NCBI GenBank assembly: GCA_964016885.1
Contig: OZ024743.1
Coordinates: forward strand, 195,486,001-195,550,000
Length of the DNA stretch: 64,000 bases
Source of the DNA: Eledone cirrhosa
Taxonomy: Eukaryota
Reading direction: 5' to 3'
The notes below the pieces were generated by a model, which had not been told where the DNA came from, did not search any database, and saw only the letters and a program-made list of their open reading frames with translations. This document shows positions 56,176 through 64,000 of this stretch, piece after piece (the stretch's first letter is position 1; each line of letters opens with the position of its first letter). A program made the translations under genes and the position numbers.

Positions 56176-56368
56176 CTGACCTGACAACTCTAAAAATGAA
56201 ACAGGGAGTTCCATGATTCAAAGGTGCCCCAAAACGGGGAGAAATGAGGCAAAATAGGGAGATATTACATAATGAATGTTATACCTATTTTCACAAAGGA
56301 AGATATCTCTGACCACCTCAAAGTGGGTGGGAGATCTCCCTGTCAGACGGTAAGAGTTCAAAGGTCTG
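56176..56368 (+). mobile_element. MITE, same family as 45718-45914
   Basis: Terminal repeats ctgacctgacaactc/gagttcaaaggtctg; exact 6-bp flank duplication aagtat. Confidence 0.7.
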
Positions 56369-57171
56369 AAGTATGCCACCTGTGGTTAGTAAATATGCGT
56401 TTCTACATTAACTCTGTCTGTCTGTAATACAAAATTCTAATAAATTCCAAAACATCAAATTTCACGAACATCAACAAAAATACACTATATTTTACAAACG
56501 TGTTAACGGAAGACCAATTTTTGTTATTTTTAACCTTTGCATATTTCTATGTGTTTTTGTTTGTCATGTGGTTTCCTTGGAATCCACTCCACCACCACCA
56601 CGCTGGCAAGAAATAAACATAAACTAGCAATTTTGTTTCTTTGTTGGTCTATATCAATGCTTTGGGAAAATTGCTTTACCACATCAATTTCACATCTCCA
56701 ATATCGATCACTTCAACCAAACATCAACAACAAACAGTCATATCGACATCAAACAACAGAACAACAAAATATTCCTGCTAAATTTATATTCTATTATTTA
56801 TTACATAAAATATTGGAATGGGTCTGCAAATACCACAGAAAATAACACAGAAATTATAATCATAATCACCAACACATCATTTATACTACTCATATAAGCT
56901 AAAAGACTGTCTTTTGATTAGAACATTTATAATAGAAATGACGAAGAAAATTAATAGCTTGGCAATAGTTTTAGGCTATAAAAACTCATTTTCGTCTATG
57001 TTTAACTACCTGATGGCAACGAGATCAAATGGCTTTCCGGAGTAAGTGCAATATGTTGTTTTTCTAGTGTAGTTTATCTTTAAAATAATTACTTCAATGT
57101 TTTTTAATAAGGGGTTGTGTAGCGTGGGTCTTGTAAGATAGTTGGCTGTTATTTCTAACATGTTATTAGAA

Positions 57172-57390
57172 CAGTGGGCTGGTAGTATCGGTAGAGCGTC
57201 GAATACAATGCTTTGTGACATAGAGTTACGGCCCTTTATGCTCTGAGCCCAATTCCTGCCGAGGTTAGCATTACCTTTCATCCTTACGGAGTCGATAACA
57301 TAAAGTACCAGTAATGCATTGGTGTCGAAATAATTGATATTTCCCTCCCCTTCAAATTGCTGCCCTTGTGCCTAACTCTAGAAACAATAC
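57172..57390 (+). mobile_element. SINE family A
   Basis: Consensus match. Confidence 0.75.
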
Positions 57391-58184
57391 TTATTATAAG
57401 AGTGGTCGATTAGAAGTATCGTTCGAGCGTCGGAGAATATGGTTTATGGCATATAGTTACGTCCATTTACACTCTGACTTCAAATCCCGTCGAAGATATC
57501 TTTGCCTAACATGAAAGAAATAGTTAGATAGAAATAACAACAGCTTCTGATTTTGGCCCTGGGACAGTAATTGTTGGGAGAAGCGAAAATTCATGATGTC
57601 GCCTCTAGTTCGTAATTGGTACTTTATTTTATTGAGCTCAGAAAGTACGGCAAGTTTGGCCTCTGCTGGATTAAAACTCAGAGAGAAACAATCTATAATA
57701 AACCTTAATGCATTTTTGTAAGGGATTGAACGTTTTTGCCAAAGAAGAAGCAGAAGAAGAGGTGATTGGAGAAGGAGAGGGAAGAGTAGAAAAAGAAGCA
57801 GTAGAGAAAGAAAAGGGATGAAGGAGAAATAAGAAAGAAAGAAAGAGAGAAAGAAAGAAAAAAACAAAGAATAAAGGCAAACTTTGGAGTTAGTGTCAAA
57901 TATCGAGTAGTTAATTTATCAGGAAAAGATTGCAAAGTTAAGTGTATTGTTTTGACAAAATTTGTACATTCTCATAAATAGAATTAATATAAAGTAGTTC
58001 CTTTATTTGTGATTTATATAGATCTTAAAGTGATAGCTTTTAAAAGTGAGGGATGAGTGAGAGAGAGATAATGAGAGAGACGATGAGAGAAATAATGATG
58101 ACTTTTTATATACAATTGTTGAAATATAACTCACGAACAACAATAATAACAATAACAACAACAAAAATAAATGTAATAATAATA

Positions 58185-58530
58185 ATTTCTAAGCTAGGTA
58201 CAAGGCCATCAATTTTGGAGAAGTGGAAATGTGATTATAAATACCCCCAATACTTCTCTGGAAGGATGAAAGGCAAAGTTGACCCCGGCGGGATTTGAAC
58301 TCGTTTGAGGCTGTGTATTGGCAGAATGGTTAAAGCGTCGGACAATATGCCTTGCTGCATTTAGTCACATCTCTTTACGTTCTGAGTTGAAATCCCATTG
58401 AGGTCAACTTTGCCTTTCATCATTCCAAGTTCGATAAAATATAGTACCAGTCAAATACTGGGTCGCAATAATCAACTTTCAACAACCTTTAAAACTGCTT
58501 CACTTGTGTCTACTTTAGAAATCATTATTG
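58185..58530. mobile_element. Two SINE family A copies in divergent orientation (58185-58300 minus, 58310-58530 plus)
   Basis: Core and tail motifs on opposite strands. Confidence 0.65.
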
Positions 58531-59225
58531 AAGCTGGCGTTCAGAACATGACAGTCGTTCTTATATAAAATTATGGTGGAATGATTTAGACAATTATAAA
58601 CACTTGATAATAAGCAGTTTTTTATCGTTGAACCGGAAGTGATTTCATGTAATTCTGATTAAATAGTTTTAACGAATGTCATCCTTCCGAGGTCAATAAA
58701 AGTAAGTAGCACTCAAGTACTGTGTCAATGTCTTCTGCTCCTTCCATGCCACCCCCAAAATATTTGCTGGCTTTGTTCCTAAGCAAAACAAAAAAATAGA
58801 GAGAAATCGGTCGATAAGGTCCCATATTATTTGCGTACAGGGTGGTTGGGAGATCATAAAATCGGACCAAGGAAACAATATTTCCATTCGTCTTTCCGTT
58901 GATGATACTGTCTACCAGTCACAACTCCTGACATAAGGAGCAACGTAAAATAAAGTGTCTTGCTCAAGGACACAGCGTACCGCCGGGAATCGAACAATAA
59001 CATAATAAACATTCTTATATACAATTATGATGAACGGTTTTAGATATATATAAACATTTAAAAATAAACAGTCGTGTATTGTGTATAGAACCAAGCCTGT
59101 TTCATGTTATTTTCTATCAAATCTATTACTTTAAAATCCAGGTAAATCCAGAGAAAAGGAGACAAAATAAAGGAAATGTGCATACAGTTTAGCATATAAT
59201 ATTGAAAGATACAGGTGTGTGTATG

Positions 59226-59284
<59 letters not shown>

Positions 59285-59698
59285 CTTTCTTTATTATTAT
59301 TATTTTTTATATGAAATACTGATTGATTTTCCTTATATCCCATGTCTGATTTTTTAGCCTTAGAGAATAACTATGTGTGTATATATGTGGTCCATACATG
59401 TATTTATTAAATTTTAATATATCTGTGTGCATCGATCGTGTATACATATATTTATTCTTTTAATATCCAATTGAGTTCTTAAACACGTGGTTATAATACC
59501 TAACAGGTTTAAATGATCAGCGTGTATATTATTTTATATTTTAAGATGACCTCCCCTTACCCTCTTGGGGGAAGCGTGTATCTTATCTTTATAAGGACTG
59601 CTGGCCTTTCGAATCTAACAGTCTCTCTTTAGCGCTGAAGGAGACCATCACTAATTTATTAATGTCGATGTAATTTTTATATCGATATTATTTGGGTA

Positions 59699-59822
59699 TC
59701 CACTGATGAGTTTATAACAGCCCGCTTGTGTATAAGACTATGGATTATATATAAGTTTCTACATAACCTGGACATTATTTATCCCAAATTGTAGAAATCT
59801 TATAACGAAACGATCGTCTGGA
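59699..59822 (+). ncRNA. Type I hammerhead with long stem II
   Basis: tcca-CTGATGA-gtttataa..ttataac-GAAAC gatc GTC-tgga. Confidence 0.65.
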
Positions 59823-60010
59823 AAGAAAGAGATATTTATTTAATTATGTCTCATATAAAATAATACAAGCAGCTATCCACGAAATACTGATTAGTTAGCA
59901 CCCCAAACACTAAATCGGGAGAATACTTAGGTATACCCGAATGTTTGTTGAGTGAGATGGAGTTGGTCAGAGTATCGCTTAAGGCTTTCTCTGTTAATGT
60001 ATTAAATATA

Positions 60011-60073
<63 letters not shown>

Positions 60074-60094
60074 GGAAAAAATGAAATGAAATAA

Positions 60095-60860
60095 AAGGTA
60101 TATATGGAGTTAGAAACTAAAAATTGTCTGTAACAATTAAATAGCTCGAAGAAAGAGGTTTTTCTGAGTCGTGTAATATAATTGAATATAAAAGAGAGAT
60201 AAACACTAATATGAACATACATGTGTTCAAATCGTAAGGGACCAAGTTCGCTAGGGTGAAAAAAAATACTAACTATTAAAAATTATGGTTTGCCAGACTC
60301 AATTTAAAATAATAAACTAGAAAAGGAATACAAACTTATATTACACGGCTCAGAAAAACTTCTTTCTTTGAGCTATTTAATTGTAAGAGACTAATTTGAG
60401 TTTCTAAATCAATATATACCTTTGATATAGTGGGATCCTTCAATTTTTGTCCAGCTAATTTAAATGTCGTGTAATTTGGCTGCTATTTTTAGTAGCGTAC
60501 GTTTATGAGACACGCTAGGTTCTGATGCCATGTGCGTTAATTTATATTCGCACACTATTCAGTCTTCTGAGATACTTAGAAGTGAAGGGATTACTAATTT
60601 TACACCCACTGATGAGCTAAGAATTGGTAATTCCTTCGCTAAAATTGCGAAACAGCCTACTAAAGCTGTCTGGGTGTTCCGGCAGTTTCCCAATATAGGA
60701 TTGTATTCCTTTTCTTGATTTATTATTTTAAATTGAGTCTGGCAAACCATATTGTTAATAGTTAGTATTTTTTTTTCACCCTAGCGAACATGGTCCCTTA
60801 CGATTTGAAAACATGTATGTTCATATCTGTGTTTATCTCTCTTTTATATTCAATTATATA
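60095..60860. mobile_element. ~525-bp HHR unit (60337-60860) preceded by an inverted segment spanning the unit's end-to-start junction
   Basis: 60177-60341 is the reverse complement of 60692-60859; 60095-60180 is the reverse complement of 60336-60422. Confidence 0.7.
60602..60677 (+). ncRNA. Canonical type I hammerhead ribozyme
   Basis: acaccca-CTGATGA-gc..gc-GAAA cagc ctactaaa gctg TC-tgggtgt; 7-bp stem I, 5-bp stem III, GUC site. Confidence 0.85.
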
Positions 60861-61196
60861 TGTTTATAAATTTATGTATACACACGCATGTGTACAAACT
60901 CACATGCATGAACATACATATATATATATATATATAAATGATAGTGTGTGTGTGTGTATGTTGGTGCGCGCGTGGCATATTATTTAAGCTTATGCGCACG
61001 AAATGCCTACTTAATTAGTGTAATATGTTTAATGTATCTGCACACTATATCCGTACTTAATTAAAATACACTTAATATTTCCGTATTAATTCATGTGGAT
61101 CTAATTATTGTATAAGTTTTAGGACGTTAGAACATTTCAAATGGTGGCGTTAGTGGCTGATTGTATTTATATCTTCCTGTGTGTACAACTGCACAT

Positions 61197-61267
<71 letters not shown>

Positions 61268-61385
61268 GGTGTGTGGGTGTGTGTGTGTGTGTGAAATTTA
61301 GCAGTTGTACACAGAAACACATATAGTCAGCTACTCACACCAGCCACTAATATACCTGTGTATATATATATGTATGCATCTATAA

Positions 61386-61419
<34 letters not shown>

Positions 61420-61435
61420 ACAGTATATTTATATA

Positions 61436-61477
<42 letters not shown>

Positions 61478-61621
61478 CATATATATATAGGTGTACATAT
61501 ACATACATACATATATATATAGGTGTACATATACATAAATACATATACATATATATATACATATACATATACATATATATATATATATGTATATATGTAT
61601 ATGTATTTATGTATATGTACA

Positions 61622-61669
<48 letters not shown>

Positions 61670-62069
61670 CATGTATACTTGGAGAAGCGTAGATATATCA
61701 TTATAATTTGCGTGAATTTCTGTGCATGTTTAAATGCACACTCATCTCTTTTAATCTATATACGACAAATAATTACGTTAACAGCAAATAGTGGTAAATT
61801 TACTCAAATGCACTTAAATATCAGCCGTGCATGAATTGTTAAGATCTGCATAACTAAGTAACTATTATGAAAATGATTTCCTATCATTTCAATATTCAAT
61901 TCACGTGATTGTTGCAACTGGAAAGTACACGAGAGTCATTGGTGTTGTCATACCAACCAGATTATGAAAATCTATCCCTCTACATATCCCGCTCATATGT
62001 ATGTTCATATATATATAGTAATAATAATAAATGTGAAGACTAAAATCTGCAGAGCGCTCAATAAGCATA

Positions 62070-62130
<61 letters not shown>

Positions 62131-62526
62131 TATAAAAACCGTAGAGCAAATATTTATAAAAATAACTGATTAAGCAAAGAATCGCTGCTTTCACCCTTAA
62201 CATTCTCCAGTCCCCTTCTGAGCAAGGAAGATGGAAAATAAACTTACTCCAACACTTAATTTTAAATCGTGAATATTTAATTTTTAATTCTTATTAGTTC
62301 TTTTTAATTGTATTACTCAACATTTGATAAGAGGAATTTTAATAATACATCGAAACCGGTAATTCTTTACATACATTACAAAACTCGTTTTTAAAAGAAT
62401 TGTCCCTTTCATGTTTTCAAGTATGTCATCTTTTCAATAATGTCACTTTTACGAATAAAAGAAAGGAAAAAAAAAAAAAGAAAAGCAGACCCTAAAATAT
62501 ATTTTCCGTGCTACTTCCAACTTCAC

Positions 62527-62628
<102 letters not shown>

Positions 62629-62665
62629 ATTAAATAAATGGAAACTATATTTATAAAACCATATT

Positions 62666-62731
62666 TATTTCATTATATATATTTCAGGGATATCATATTA
62701 ACAATATGCTATGCCTTCCTCAGACAAAATA
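62666..62731 (-). ncRNA. Type I hammerhead, family X (element 62625-62880 with inversion)
   Basis: tattttgt-CTGAGGA-aggcatagcata..tatgatatccct-GAAA tatata TA-atgaaata. Confidence 0.7.
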
Positions 62732-62878
62732 CAATATAAACAGTTTTATAGTTTCCATTTATTTAATATTGTAAATAATGTTGTAAATATTGTAAATATA
62801 CTCCAAATACTTGTCGAGTGCTTTTATATCAGTTATAAATATGTACTAGTTGTAACCCAACAATTTAAATATAACTTT

Positions 62879-62954
<76 letters not shown>

Positions 62955-63438
62955 CGATTTGTTGTGGAGGATTGGACAGACAGAACACTGGCATAATTTA
63001 TGTAGGACGAAAAATCTCATACATTTTTATACTAGCTGTACTAAAAAATATTAATGAACATTAGCCATCAAACACAGGATGCAGGCGTACCATGTACGCA
63101 ATAAAAAAAGCAATACTTCCGATCACATGAAACACTTCTACAATATTCACACAACGCATATTATAAAAGTAAAGATATAAGAAATGTAGAACTATGCACA
63201 AACAAACTGAGAGCACTCCCGGGCACTACATTCAGCAAAATCAAAGAACAACATATTTGTAGAGACAATACATTAAAGTAATCTTCCTATATGTAATTAT
63301 GTCAACGAAAGTTTAGAAAAATGTGATTTTTATAAATATATATAAAATTACGGCGAGTTTACAACGAAGTATTCTGCTGGCAGACGTTAATTGTCTGTGT
63401 GAATCATATTACTTTCATTATCTCCCCCGCCCCCGTAT

Positions 63439-63849
<411 letters not shown>

Positions 63850-64000
63850 CTCATTCTATTTCTAGAGTAATCAGACAATTAAATTAGTTTCAATTTGTGA
63901 GTTTTCTTTTATTTATACTATATTTCGATCTGTATTTACTTAGAGTAAATGTTATTAGAGTAATATATAGACCTATATATAAGATAGCTAAAATCTCAAA

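Overview
AT-rich eukaryotic non-coding DNA saturated with microsatellites; the SINE and repeat landscape suggests an octopus or other cephalopod (inference). I found no host protein-coding gene, and almost all listed ORFs are microsatellite artefacts. Recognisable transposons: about 20 copies of one tRNA-derived SINE (several with target-site duplications, TSDs), a second SINE family, Penelope-like GIY-YIG remnants, RTE fragments, three R4/Dong-like fragments in (TACA)n, a deleted mariner, two non-autonomous Helitrons and MITEs. The main unannotated signal is about 30 type I hammerhead ribozyme (HHR) motifs, read by eye. About 20 have intact cores and about 10 are decayed, and they fall into roughly 15 or more unrelated sequence families. 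Most sit in short non-coding elements embedded in (TA)n, usually with a partial inverted duplication. Two are multi-unit retrozyme-like arrays: a near-identical 310-bp unit (3 direct + 2 inverted, 28114-29660) and a ~430-510-bp unit (19237-21381). Folds were paired by hand and no activity is demonstrated.
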